Notes: generated by a model not told the origin, from the sequence alone. A DNA stretch of 27,207 bases from a virus (IMGVR_UViG_3300002171_000155:1-27207), one strand, 5' to 3'; positions 18,409 to 26,354 are shown, counted from the stretch's first letter. A program made the numbers and translations.

Positions 18409-18714
18409 ATGACCAACGAGGAAATCCTCAAGCATTCGCTCCTGATCACGCAGGGGATCGTCTACGGCGATACCGTCCCGGTCATGCCGTATTACGACTT
18501 CCCTGAGAAATCGAGCAACATCGACCAATGGGGAAGCCCGGTTTGGCGGCTGAGTGGATTTCCGAAAGCCGTCACCGCGCAAGCCAACCATGCGGGGACG
18601 ATGACCGATTGTGGCCCGGTGCAGTTTATCACCTGGGCGGGTTCGGCCAAGGTAGGCATCACCGGGTCGGAATGGTGGGAGCAGTGCATGACTCTTTTCA
18701 TGAGGCATGTCTGA
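18409..18714 (+). CDS. Hypothetical protein (101 aa)
   Basis: Starts 3 nt after the upstream stop and overlaps the next start; no recognised motif. Confidence 0.6.
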   Translation: MTNEEILKHSLLITQGIVYGDTVPVMPYYDFPEKSSNIDQWGSPVWRLSGFPKAVTAQANHAGTMTDCGPVQFITWAGSAKVGITGSEWWEQCMTLFMRHV

Positions 18715-20272
18715 CATGGCTTCGGGAACCATCGTCGCCCCTTTGATCCAAGGCCTTTCCGGTTTGTCCGGCAGAACGGTCAACTATGCTGCCCAGGGGT
18801 TTGTGCTCGGACTGCCACCGCAGCGCGATGTCGGCTACGTCACCGATCATGCCTATGTAACCATCTATTTGTGGAACGGTACGGTTGATGATGCGGTGTT
18901 GATCTCGGTGAGCGGCGACGCCGAGGCTGAAGGGATCACCTGGGATGTCGCCACACCTGTGGTCGTTGTGGCCAAGGGATCGCAACGGGTCGTCCTTGAC
19001 GTTTCCATCGACGGCCCCCTGGTCATTGATGCCCTGGTCACGTTCGTCTCATCCTGCAACACCATCGTGCTCCATCTCACTGGCACCCGTGCTCCGCATC
19101 TCTCCGGCGATGTCGGCTACCTGTTCGTGCCGCACAACTGGGAGGAGGGGTTGCACGAGTCGCTGGCCTGGAAGACGGAGGTGCTGATCGCCCACGACCG
19201 CACCGAGCAGCGCATCCAGTTGCGCACCCATCCGCGAAGAAATTGGGACCTGCGGCTGCTTGTTTCCGGTGCCATGCGGCGCAAACTCGACACTTGGCTC
19301 GGCCTGCGCAAGACCCGCTATCTCTTTGCCCCGGTGTGGCGGGACGTGTCTTGGTTGGAGACAGGCATTAATGCCGGCGAGACCACCATTGCCATCAAGC
19401 CGGAGTTTCTTGACTATGCCGTTGGCCGGTGGGTGGCGGTGTTTGATGGGGAGGACCATTTCGAGATTCGCACCGTGACCGGCATCGGGGCGAACTTCAT
19501 TGCGATTGATTCGGGGTTCGAGCAGGACTGGCCAGCCGGTAGCCTGGTGGCGCCCTGCCGTTACGGCCTGGCCCTGGAGCAGCGGCGGGTTACACGGTTC
19601 ACGGAAGAGGTGGCCGACTGGCGGATCCGGTTCGAGGCCCAGGGCGAAACCCTGATGCCCGAGGTCGAGAGCCCGGAGTTGTACCGGGAACTGCCCGTCT
19701 GCCCCTTTGTGCCGGACTGGGATGGCGGGGAGGAGGGCCGGGACAACAAATGGGTGCGGCTCGACAACGACACCGGGGTGATCGAGTATGACATCCAATC
19801 CATCGAGCCAGTGTTGACCCGCGAGGTTTCCTTCCTCCTGATCGGCCGGGACCGGATCGACCTCTTCCTCCGCTTCCTGTTCGGCCGTGCCGGGCGCAAA
19901 GTTCCGTTCTGGCTGGCGGGCGCCGACCGGGGCTTTGAGCTGGCCGCGCCGGCTGCTGCGGGTGACACCACCCTGACCATTGATCCCATCGACTACGAGT
20001 ATGCCCTCTCTGGCAGCCCGGCCCGGTCGCATATCGAGTTGGCAACGATCGATGGCGCGAGGATTCGGCGGATGATCGTCGGCGTCGAGACCCTGCCCAG
20101 TGGCCACGAGAAGCTGACCCTGGACAGCGGGTTGCCGGTCGCTGTCGCCTCCACCTCGCTCAACCGCTGCGCCTGGCTGGAGCTGTGCCGGCTGGATGCC
20201 GATGCGATCGATCTCCATTGGGTGGGTTGGGACTGCCTGGAGGTCAAGTTGCCGGTGGTGGCCTTGCCATGA
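18707..20272 (+). CDS. Tail/baseplate protein (distal-tail-like, with N-terminal Ig-like segment)
   Basis: 'PHNW...ESLAWKTEVL...EQRIQLR..PRR', 'LDNDTG', 'GRKVPFW' and 'RLDADAIDLHW' are typical of the large post-TMP protein of D3112-like tails. Confidence 0.75.
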   Translation: MSDMASGTIVAPLIQGLSGLSGRTVNYAAQGFVLGLPPQRDVGYVTDHAYVTIYLWNGTVDDAVLISVSGDAEAEGITWDVATPVVVVAKGSQRVVLDVSIDGPLVIDALVTFVSSCNTIVLHLTGTRAPHLSGDVGYLFVPHNWEEGLHESLAWKTEVLIAHDRTEQRIQLRTHPRRNWDLRLLVSGAMRRKLDTWLGLRKTRYLFAPVWRDVSWLETGINAGETTIAIKPEFLDYAVGRWVAVFDGEDHFEIRTVTGIGANFIAIDSGFEQDWPAGSLVAPCRYGLALEQRRVTRFTEEVADWRIRFEAQGETLMPEVESPELYRELPVCPFVPDWDGGEEGRDNKWVRLDNDTGVIEYDIQSIEPVLTREVSFLLIGRDRIDLFLRFLFGRAGRKVPFWLAGADRGFELAAPAAAGDTTLTIDPIDYEYALSGSPARSHIELATIDGARIRRMIVGVETLPSGHEKLTLDSGLPVAVASTSLNRCAWLELCRLDADAIDLHWVGWDCLEVKLPVVALP

Positions 20273-21066
20273 GTTATACCGCGCGCGAACAGTCCGGGTA
20301 CGACGGTCATCCGCTGCTGCTGTTCCGGTTCAGCCTGGGCGAGTCCCAATGGCTCTACACTTCGGCCGACCATGTGGTGGCCATGGGCGAGGATGAATAT
20401 CAACCGATCTACATCAAGGGCGGCCGGATCGTGCGCTGCGGCGATGCCCGCAAGTCGACCCTGGAAATCGAGGTGGCGGCCCAGAACCCGGTGGCCCTGG
20501 TCTTTTTGCCCGGCTGGATCGGCGGGCTCATGCTGGTGACCGTCTATCGCCACCACTACGAGGACGCGGACTTCTCGGTCCAATGGAAAGGAAGGGTGGT
20601 GAGCTGCAAATGGGCCGGATCCGTGGCCACGCTCTCCTGCGATTCCGCTTTCACCTTGTTCCGCCGGGCCGGATTGCGCCGGAATTACCAGCCGGGTTGC
20701 CCCCATGTGCTCTTCGGGCCGGGCTGCACGGTCAATGCCGACCTGCACCGGGTCGCGGCCACAGTCACGGCGGTCTCCGGCAATGCGCTGACCATCGCCG
20801 AGCTGGGCGCCTGGGCGGCGGGGTACTTCACCGGCGGCATGCTCAGGTTCGGCAGCGATTACCGGATGATCACCGGGCATGTCGGCAACGCCATCACCAC
20901 CCTCGATGCTGTCCCCAATTTGGTCGAAGGCTCGGCGGTGGAGCTGTGGCCGGGCTGTGCCAGGGATATGGCTACCTGCCACGACAAGTTCAACAACCTG
21001 GACAATTTCGGCGGCCTGCCGTTCTTGCCCAGGAAGAATCCCTTTTCCGGCGACGCCCTGGTGTAG
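20269..21066 (+). CDS. Baseplate hub protein, DUF2163/BR0599 family
   Basis: 'YQPGCPHVLFGPGC', 'GYFTGG' and 'PGCARDMATCHDKFNNLDNFGGLPFLP' (four-Cys cluster motif). ATG 20269 overlaps the upstream stop. Confidence 0.9.
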   Translation: MSYTAREQSGYDGHPLLLFRFSLGESQWLYTSADHVVAMGEDEYQPIYIKGGRIVRCGDARKSTLEIEVAAQNPVALVFLPGWIGGLMLVTVYRHHYEDADFSVQWKGRVVSCKWAGSVATLSCDSAFTLFRRAGLRRNYQPGCPHVLFGPGCTVNADLHRVAATVTAVSGNALTIAELGAWAAGYFTGGMLRFGSDYRMITGHVGNAITTLDAVPNLVEGSAVELWPGCARDMATCHDKFNNLDNFGGLPFLPRKNPFSGDALV

Positions 21067-21081
21067 GAGGAGATTGAAAAA

Positions 21082-21315
21082 ATGTGGCAACTGGTGGTCT
21101 GGATCGGTCTGCAGATTATTTCTTCCCTGCTGTTTCGGCCCAAGGGGGCATCGCAAACAACGGTGACGCCGGGCGAGGTGGAGGGGGCCACGGTCGACGC
21201 TTCTTCCCCGGTTCCGGTGCTGTTCGGCACCCGGTTGATGGCCACGCCCAACTGTGTCTGGTATGGCGATGTCGGCACCACCGCCATCGTCAAGTGCGGA
21301 GGCGGCAAGAAATGA
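21082..21315 (+). CDS. Small tail assembly/baseplate protein
   Basis: AGGAGG RBS; hydrophobic N-terminus, 'PVPVLFGT', 'PNCVWYGD' and C-terminal 'GGKK'. Confidence 0.8.
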   Translation: MWQLVVWIGLQIISSLLFRPKGASQTTVTPGEVEGATVDASSPVPVLFGTRLMATPNCVWYGDVGTTAIVKCGGGKK

Positions 21316-21548
21316 GGGTGACGGTGACCATCCAGCATCTACGGGCCTTGGGCTACTGTAACCGGGGCCTGCGCAAGTGGTTTGCCGAACGGGGTATCGG
21401 TTGGCCCGAGTTCCTGGAAGAGGGTGTGGATGCCGGTTATCTCCGGGCCACCGGTGACGCCATGGCGATCGCGGCCGCCGATCTGGCGGAAGCCGAGGCA
21501 CTGCTGGCAGCACGAGCAGGCGCTGTCAAGCGCGGAGGTTGCGTCTGA
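21312..21548 (+). CDS. Small conserved tail-region protein
   Basis: ATGA overlap. 'VTIQHLRALGYCNRGLRKWF...GIGW.EFL..GVDA..L.ATGDAMA' pattern seen at this position in D3112-like tails. Confidence 0.8.
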   Translation: MRVTVTIQHLRALGYCNRGLRKWFAERGIGWPEFLEEGVDAGYLRATGDAMAIAAADLAEAEALLAARAGAVKRGGCV

Positions 21549-23743
21549 TGGGCGGAGGTGGTGAACAATGCTCGACCGTCGGCTACCGCTACTTTGCTGG
21601 CCTGCACCTGATCTTCTGCCATGCCGTCGACCGGCTGCTCCGGATCAGGGTGGGGGAGAAGGTGGCCTGGAGCGGGTTGATCACCGGCAACACCTCGGTA
21701 TACATCGACCAGCCCAACCTGTTCGGCGGCGAGGATCGGGAAGGCGGGGTGCGGGGCACGGTGGACATTTGTTTCGGCGGTCCCGCCCAGGGCCGCAACA
21801 GCTATCTGCAGTCCTTGCTCGGTGCCAACATCCCGGCCTATCGCGGCCTGTTCGGCCTGGTGGCCAGGAAATGCATGCTGGCGGCCAACAATCCCTACAT
21901 CAAGGAATGGTCCATCCTGGCTCAGCGCACCGTCATCGGCTGGCGGGACGACCTAGCCGGGATCACCGCGCCGGACGGGTTTGTGGACATGAACCCGGCC
22001 CACATCATCCTTGAGACCCTGACCAACACCACCTGGGGCGGGTTGGGCTATCCCCTGACCGACATTGACCTGGCCAGCTTCCAGACCGCTGCCAACCTAC
22101 TGGCGGCCGAACAGTTCGGGCTCAGCCTGATCTGGGCGCGGAACACCAGTGTCGAGGATTTTCTCCAGCTCATCCTGGACCATATCGATGGGGCGCTGTT
22201 CTTCTCCCATGCCACCGGCCTGTTGACCTTGAAGCTGATCCGCAACGACTACAACGTCGGCGCCATTCCGGCATTGAACGAGAGCAACATCATGGAGCTG
22301 GTCGACTTCACCGCCCCCAACGATACCGAGGTGGTCAACCAGGTGGTGGTCAACTATGTCGATCGCGACAACCAGCCCGGCGCGGTGACCGTGCAGGATA
22401 TAGCCGGCATCGCCAGGATGAACGGCCAGGTCAACGTCAGGACGCTCGATTTTGTCGGCATCTCCAACAGCACCCTCGCATCAAGGGTGGCTTCGCGGGA
22501 GTTGCAGCAACTCGCCATGCCGATCGCAAGCGTCACCCTGGTGATCAACCGCATCCACTCCGCCCTGGAGCCGGGCGACTGCTTTGCCTTCAATTGGGGG
22601 CCGTTGGGTGTGGCCAACATGGTCATGCGGGTCAGCCAGGTGGAGTTCGATGCCCATGCCGACCAGTCCATCCGGATCACCGGGGTGCGCGATGTCTACG
22701 GTCTGGGGGCGGTGGCGTTCACCACTCCAGCCGACAGCCTGTGGTCCGCCCCGGAGAGTCAGCCGGCCGATGCGGTCCAGATCCGGCTGGCGGAGATCAC
22801 CTGGTGGCAGTTCGTCCGCGAGTATGCCGGCGACAGCACTTCCGTCCTGGCCGAACTGGATGACAGCTCGACCCTAGTTACCTGCTGCTGCGGCCGGCCC
22901 AGTTCCGATGCCCTCAATTATGAGATGTGGACCCGGAACGTCGGCGCTGCCGAATGGGGCAAGAAGGATGTCGACTCCTTCCCTTTTGTCAGCCCGATCG
23001 ATGCGGATTTGGTGCCCGAGATCGAGAGCATTATCACCCTGGCCGCGCCGCTCGATCCTGACCTGGTCAAGGTGGGCACCTATGCCTTCCTGGGGGCCGC
23101 CGACCAACCCAACGAGATCGTGGCCGTGCTGGCCGTCGGTACCGGGGCCAACACCGTGACCGTGGCCAGGGGAGTGCTCGATACCATTCCCTTGCCGCAC
23201 GAAGTCGGCGTCGTGATCTGGTTCTGTCAGGGATTTTTCGGCCTGGACAAGGAAGAGCGGGCCGTGGGCGAAAGCGTGGAAGTGCGGATCCTGCCCTCCA
23301 CCAGTCTGGGCCGGTTGGCGATCGAAGACGCTACGACCACCACCATTGCCTGCGCCGGCCGGATGATGCGGCCGTATCCGCCGGGGAATGTCCGGATCAA
23401 CGGCAGTCGCTGGCCGGCCAGCATCGGGGCCACCGCTGAACTGGCCGTGACCTGGGCGCACCGGGACCGCACCGTGCAGACCGTGACCCTCAATCGTCAG
23501 GATGAGGGCAACATCGGCCCGGAGGCTGGGGTGACCTATACCCTGCGCATCTATGGCGAGACCGGCACCCTGATCCGCACGGTCACCGGGATCACCGGGA
23601 CCGGCTACATCTATCCCTCGGCCACGGAGATTGCCGACAGCGGCCTCGGCCGGCTCAACACCAGCCTGCGCATTGAATTGGAGAGTGTGCACGGCTCCCT
23701 GGTCAGTCTCTATAAGTGGGATCTCTCGGTCACGAGGGTGTGA
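21548..23743 (+). CDS. Tail tip/central baseplate protein (phage tail protein, J-like)
   Basis: 'TVGYRYFAGLH', 'LFGGEDREGG', 'PAYRG', 'NNPYIK', 'MNPAHII', 'RPYPPGNVRING' and 'WAHRDR'. Confidence 0.88.
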   Translation: MGGGGEQCSTVGYRYFAGLHLIFCHAVDRLLRIRVGEKVAWSGLITGNTSVYIDQPNLFGGEDREGGVRGTVDICFGGPAQGRNSYLQSLLGANIPAYRGLFGLVARKCMLAANNPYIKEWSILAQRTVIGWRDDLAGITAPDGFVDMNPAHIILETLTNTTWGGLGYPLTDIDLASFQTAANLLAAEQFGLSLIWARNTSVEDFLQLILDHIDGALFFSHATGLLTLKLIRNDYNVGAIPALNESNIMELVDFTAPNDTEVVNQVVVNYVDRDNQPGAVTVQDIAGIARMNGQVNVRTLDFVGISNSTLASRVASRELQQLAMPIASVTLVINRIHSALEPGDCFAFNWGPLGVANMVMRVSQVEFDAHADQSIRITGVRDVYGLGAVAFTTPADSLWSAPESQPADAVQIRLAEITWWQFVREYAGDSTSVLAELDDSSTLVTCCCGRPSSDALNYEMWTRNVGAAEWGKKDVDSFPFVSPIDADLVPEIESIITLAAPLDPDLVKVGTYAFLGAADQPNEIVAVLAVGTGANTVTVARGVLDTIPLPHEVGVVIWFCQGFFGLDKEERAVGESVEVRILPSTSLGRLAIEDATTTTIACAGRMMRPYPPGNVRINGSRWPASIGATAELAVTWAHRDRTVQTVTLNRQDEGNIGPEAGVTYTLRIYGETGTLIRTVTGITGTGYIYPSATEIADSGLGRLNTSLRIELESVHGSLVSLYKWDLSVTRV

Positions 23744-23765
23744 CCATCAACTAAGGAGGAAGACT

Positions 23766-23960
23766 ATGCGACTCGTTGCAGCTTTCGTGGTGGCCAGTCT
23801 GTTGGCGGGCTGTGTGACCAAGATCGAAAACACCTATTACGTCCAGGGCGATCATAATCAGATCAAAGCTACGGATACCGCCAGCGCCACGCCCACCAAC
23901 CGCGACTTGGTGGATGTGGTTGGCTCCGGTTATGGCGCGGCGACGCAAGGAGTAAAATGA
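23766..23960 (+). CDS. Small lipoprotein (o-spanin or exclusion-lipoprotein candidate)
   Basis: AAGGAGGA RBS, ATG 23766. Signal peptide ends in lipobox 'LLAGC', with Val at +2. Confidence 0.75.
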   Translation: MRLVAAFVVASLLAGCVTKIENTYYVQGDHNQIKATDTASATPTNRDLVDVVGSGYGAATQGVK

Positions 23961-24154
23961 TGCAGGCCACCACGCTAAAACTTGTCACTATCCTTTTTTG
24001 CCTGACCTTTGCCGTCACCTGGGCCGTGATTTCCATCGCCAACGGAGTGATGTATGAGCCACCGAACTCGATTCAACTGTTCATCGGTGCCTTGATCTCA
24101 GGGAAGTATCTGGACAGCCGCTGGAAGGATCGTGGCAAAACCGACAAACCATGA
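23957..24154 (+). CDS. Holin candidate (two TM segments, basic C-terminus)
   Basis: AAGGAG RBS; 65 aa with two hydrophobic stretches and tail 'RWKDRGKTDKP'; in the lysis cassette. Confidence 0.55.
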   Translation: MMQATTLKLVTILFCLTFAVTWAVISIANGVMYEPPNSIQLFIGALISGKYLDSRWKDRGKTDKP

Positions 24155-24465
24155 ACCGGGGAAAGCGCATGGACGACAAGATGGACGAATATGTGGGGCC
24201 TGAGCGGCGGGTTTGCACCCATCATTCGGGAGTGGATACCAAGTTGACGATTTTCAACTGGCTTCTCGGCCTGTTGATTGCCGCCATTTTGGGCAGCTCG
24301 GCCACCTTGGCTGGCATTCTCCAGGGGGTGAACAGAGGCATGGCCGATATCAACGTGAAATTTGCCGAACTGCGCTCGGATAAGGCTCTCAACGACGCGA
24401 CCCATCAGCGGATCTACGAGCGAATCGCCGATCTGGAACGCAGAGATAGGGAGAAACGGCCATGA
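24151..24465 (+). CDS. Single-TM protein with C-terminal coiled coil (i-spanin/holin-like)
   Basis: TM 'IFNWLLGLLIAAILGSSATLAGIL' followed by 'RIYERIADLERR'; directly upstream of the endolysin. Several possible Met starts. Confidence 0.55.
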   Translation: MNRGKRMDDKMDEYVGPERRVCTHHSGVDTKLTIFNWLLGLLIAAILGSSATLAGILQGVNRGMADINVKFAELRSDKALNDATHQRIYERIADLERRDREKRP

Positions 24466-24899
24466 TCACCCTCAATCCCCCCTATTCCGGAACCATGGCG
24501 CCGGTGGAAGCGGACGTCGCCTTGGAAGAAGGCTTCCGGCAGGAGGTGTATCGTTGCCCGGCCGGGAAATTGACCATCGGTTACGGGTACAATATCAGCG
24601 CCGGCATGCCCAAGGATGAGGCCCTGGTGCTGATGCGCTACCGGCTCGTGAAATTGCACGCCGCCCTGGCAAAACGGTTTGCCTGGTACATCGATGCCAC
24701 GGAAGTCCGTCAGAGGGCGATCCTGAACATGGCCTATCAATTGGGATTCGAGGGGCTGCTGGAGTTCAGAAAGATGCTGGCGTCCTGTGCGGCTGGTGAC
24801 TGGTCCACCGCAGCTGACCATGCCCTCGACAGCAAATGGGCCACAATCGACGCCCAGTCCAGGGCGGCCCGCGTCGCCACCATGTTACGGCGGGGATAA
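24462..24899 (+). CDS. Endolysin, T4-lysozyme-like (GH24)
   Basis: 'EEGFRQEVYRCPAGKLTIGYG' (E-x8-C-x5-T), 'LNMAYQLG...FRKML', 'LDSKWA...RAARVATMLRRG'. Confidence 0.9.
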   Translation: MITLNPPYSGTMAPVEADVALEEGFRQEVYRCPAGKLTIGYGYNISAGMPKDEALVLMRYRLVKLHAALAKRFAWYIDATEVRQRAILNMAYQLGFEGLLEFRKMLASCAAGDWSTAADHALDSKWATIDAQSRAARVATMLRRG

Positions 24900-24901
24900 C
24901 C

Positions 24902-24939
24902 AAAAAAAAAGCCGTAGCGTGAATTTGCTACGGCTTTTT
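24902..24939. terminator. Bidirectional Rho-independent terminator
   Basis: A9-GCCGTAGC-gtgaattt-GCTACGGC-T5 immediately after the endolysin stop. Confidence 0.9.
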
Positions 24940-24942
24940 CCG

Positions 24943-24960
24943 AGTGTCAAATAGTGTCAA
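24943..24960 (+). repeat. Direct repeat AGTGTCAA x2 (10-bp period), putative integrase arm-type sites
   Basis: agtgtcaa-at-agtgtcaa, 40 bp from the att core. An IHF-like site (AAACAAGGGGTTA on - strand, about 24984-24996) lies between. Confidence 0.55.
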
Positions 24961-24999
24961 TTTTCCAATTTAAACCAATTGACTAACCCCTTGTTTTTA

Positions 25000-25049
25000 T
25001 GGTGCTCCAGGCAGGATTCGAACCTGCGGCACCAGGATTAGGAATCCTG
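25000..25049 (-). other. att core: 3' half of tRNA-Arg(CCT), not a complete tRNA
   Basis: Reverse complement reads CAGGA-TTCCTAA-TCCTG (anticodon arm, CCT), GTGCC, GCAGG-TTCGAAT-CCTGC (T arm), CTGGAGC-A-CCA. The D arm and 5' acceptor strand are absent. Confidence 0.92.
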
Positions 25050-25235
25050 ATCAAATACAATGAAATTGAATAGTTGCAAATAATTGTCGTAATTTTGGGC
25101 GCATTTTTCTCGAATCGGTACTCGGAAAATCCTATTCCTGATTCTGGCGATCATAACGCTTTTTCAGGAACATTGCTCAGCAGATAACCGTTGATACTTC
25201 GCCGCCCCCCTCCCGATTGTCCTCGGATCTTACGC

Positions 25236-25258
25236 GCACTCAGTTTGGGCACCCAGTT
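25236..25258 (+). repeat. Direct repeat GCAC(T/C)CAGTT x2, putative arm-type sites
   Basis: gcactcagtt (25236-25245) and gcacccagtt (25249-25258), about 190 bp from the att core. Confidence 0.4.
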
Positions 25259-25315
25259 CCGGGTTTTCAGCAACATCCGGCGGTCATGCGGGGAACACAG
25301 CGAAAAAACTAGACT

Positions 25316-25873
25316 TCACTTCCTCGGTCCCTTTACTTTCTTCTTAAGCAGCATTCCTTCCAGTTGCCCCAATCTCTCTTCTATCGCCTTCAATTGAAGG
25401 TCAAGCACCTGATTCGCTCTGCTCGTCGCAATTGACTTGTGATAGGTGTCAATTATCCTGGACAACAAATCGCTGTATTCCGTTCCCGATTCAAGAATCT
25501 CCATAACCTTCAGAACTTTTTCCGAGATTTTTGATCCGCAATCGCCCTCCCCTTGAGGCTTGTTGTTTTCGACAACAGCTTTTACCTCTGACGATTTCTG
25601 GGATACCGGAACGACCGGTTCCTCCTCTGCCACGTTTTTCCCTTCCTGGATGCTTCGCCCAAGAGTCAGCATCTCCTCGTACGTCATCCCGAAATGGGTG
25701 GCAATCCTCGCCCGAATGTCCTCCGCCCCTGGTTTGCGCCCTTTAATAATCGCATTGAGGTAGCCACGGTCGATATTCTGAGCAATCGACAGTCGGACTT
25801 GCGCCCCTCGACCTTCCTGACCAAGCAGGTGGTTTAGGGCCACACGAAATTGGCTGGGTATGGAGTTGATCAT
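25316..25873 (-). CDS. XRE-family HTH transcriptional regulator (CI-like repressor, no peptidase domain)
   Basis: 'AQVRLSIAQNIDRGYLNAIIKGRKPGAEDIRARIATHFGMTYEEML' HTH, C-terminal coiled coil 'LKAIEERLGQLE', divergent from cro-like gene. Confidence 0.85.
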   Translation of the reverse strand: MINSIPSQFRVALNHLLGQEGRGAQVRLSIAQNIDRGYLNAIIKGRKPGAEDIRARIATHFGMTYEEMLTLGRSIQEGKNVAEEEPVVPVSQKSSEVKAVVENNKPQGEGDCGSKISEKVLKVMEILESGTEYSDLLSRIIDTYHKSIATSRANQVLDLQLKAIEERLGQLEGMLLKKKVKGPRK

Positions 25874-25877
25874 TATT

Positions 25878-25903
25878 AAAAATAGATCAAATGATCAATT
25901 TTT
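25878..25903. promoter_or_regulatory. Near-perfect palindrome, putative operator
   Basis: AAAAAT-A-GATCA-AA-TGATC-A-ATTTTT, 4 nt upstream of the repressor ATG. Confidence 0.5.
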
Positions 25904-26048
25904 AAAAGGGAAAAATGCGACTCCCATGAATTGTTAAGAAACTTGCCTAAAAATCACTTTGCCTTTCTGCTAACTCCTCATGGCATGGGATTATTTAGTC
26001 CCATAATTGTAAACCGATAGCACCGAGTGCTTAAGGAAAAGCATCACC

Positions 26049-26354
26049 ATGAAGACATTCAAATGTCGCAGTTGTCATCGTGAACGACCGGCAAACCCCA
26101 AAGTCAAAGAACAAAACTATTGCGGCAGGGCGGACTGCCAACGAGCCCGAAGACGCGAATGGCAACGCAAAAAAATGGCCACCGATCCGGACTACAGAGA
26201 AAATCAACGTAACTCTCAGAAACAATGGCAGGAAAAGAATCCTGACTACTGGCGTAATTACCGTAAAAATCGTCAAAATCCCCTTCTGGTCGCACCTTTG
26301 CCACAGCTTGCAAAGATGGACACATTGCTGCCGAATTTCCACATTATATCATGA
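26049..26354 (+). CDS. Cys-rich basic hypothetical protein (CxxC...Cx4C), possibly truncated by an internal TGA
   Basis: AAGGA RBS. 'CRSC...YCGRADCQRARRREWQRKK..DPDYRENQ...NPDYWRNYR'. The frame stays open past TGA to TAG 26451-26453. Confidence 0.7.
   Translation: MKTFKCRSCHRERPANPKVKEQNYCGRADCQRARRREWQRKKMATDPDYRENQRNSQKQWQEKNPDYWRNYRKNRQNPLLVAPLPQLAKMDTLLPNFHIIS

Larger units (their letters stand above)
1..24999 (+). mobile_element. Temperate siphovirus-type prophage (replication end, packaging, head, tail, lysis); left end outside window
   Basis: Co-oriented, tightly overlapping ORFs in canonical order primase-terminase-portal-protease-capsid-tail-TMP-baseplate-lysis, ending at a tRNA-derived att core. 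No sheath gene seen. Confidence 0.95.

Noticed and set aside
18825-19120. 14-bp direct repeat GCGATGTCGGCTAC at about 18825 and 19107
   Set aside because: Only two copies, both in-frame encoding DVGY in GC-rich coding sequence; plausible by chance or protein-level repetition.
19049-21513. Long minus-strand ORFs (389 and 506 aa; likewise 6887-7927 and 9330-10319)
   Set aside because: Antisense shadows of well-supported + strand genes in high-GC DNA, with no motifs.
16391-23743. Diversity-generating retroelement or invertible tail-fibre cassette
   Set aside because: No reverse transcriptase, no roughly 100-bp template/variable repeat pair and no invertase or inverted gene copy seen by eye.
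25000-25080. Complete tRNA-Arg gene
   Set aside because: No D arm or 5' acceptor strand (GCTCCAG expected) upstream on the - strand; only the 3' half is present.
25191-25397. 68-aa + strand ORF next to att
   Set aside because: TTG start without RBS, overlaps the repressor 3' end and the putative arm repeats, and has no motif.
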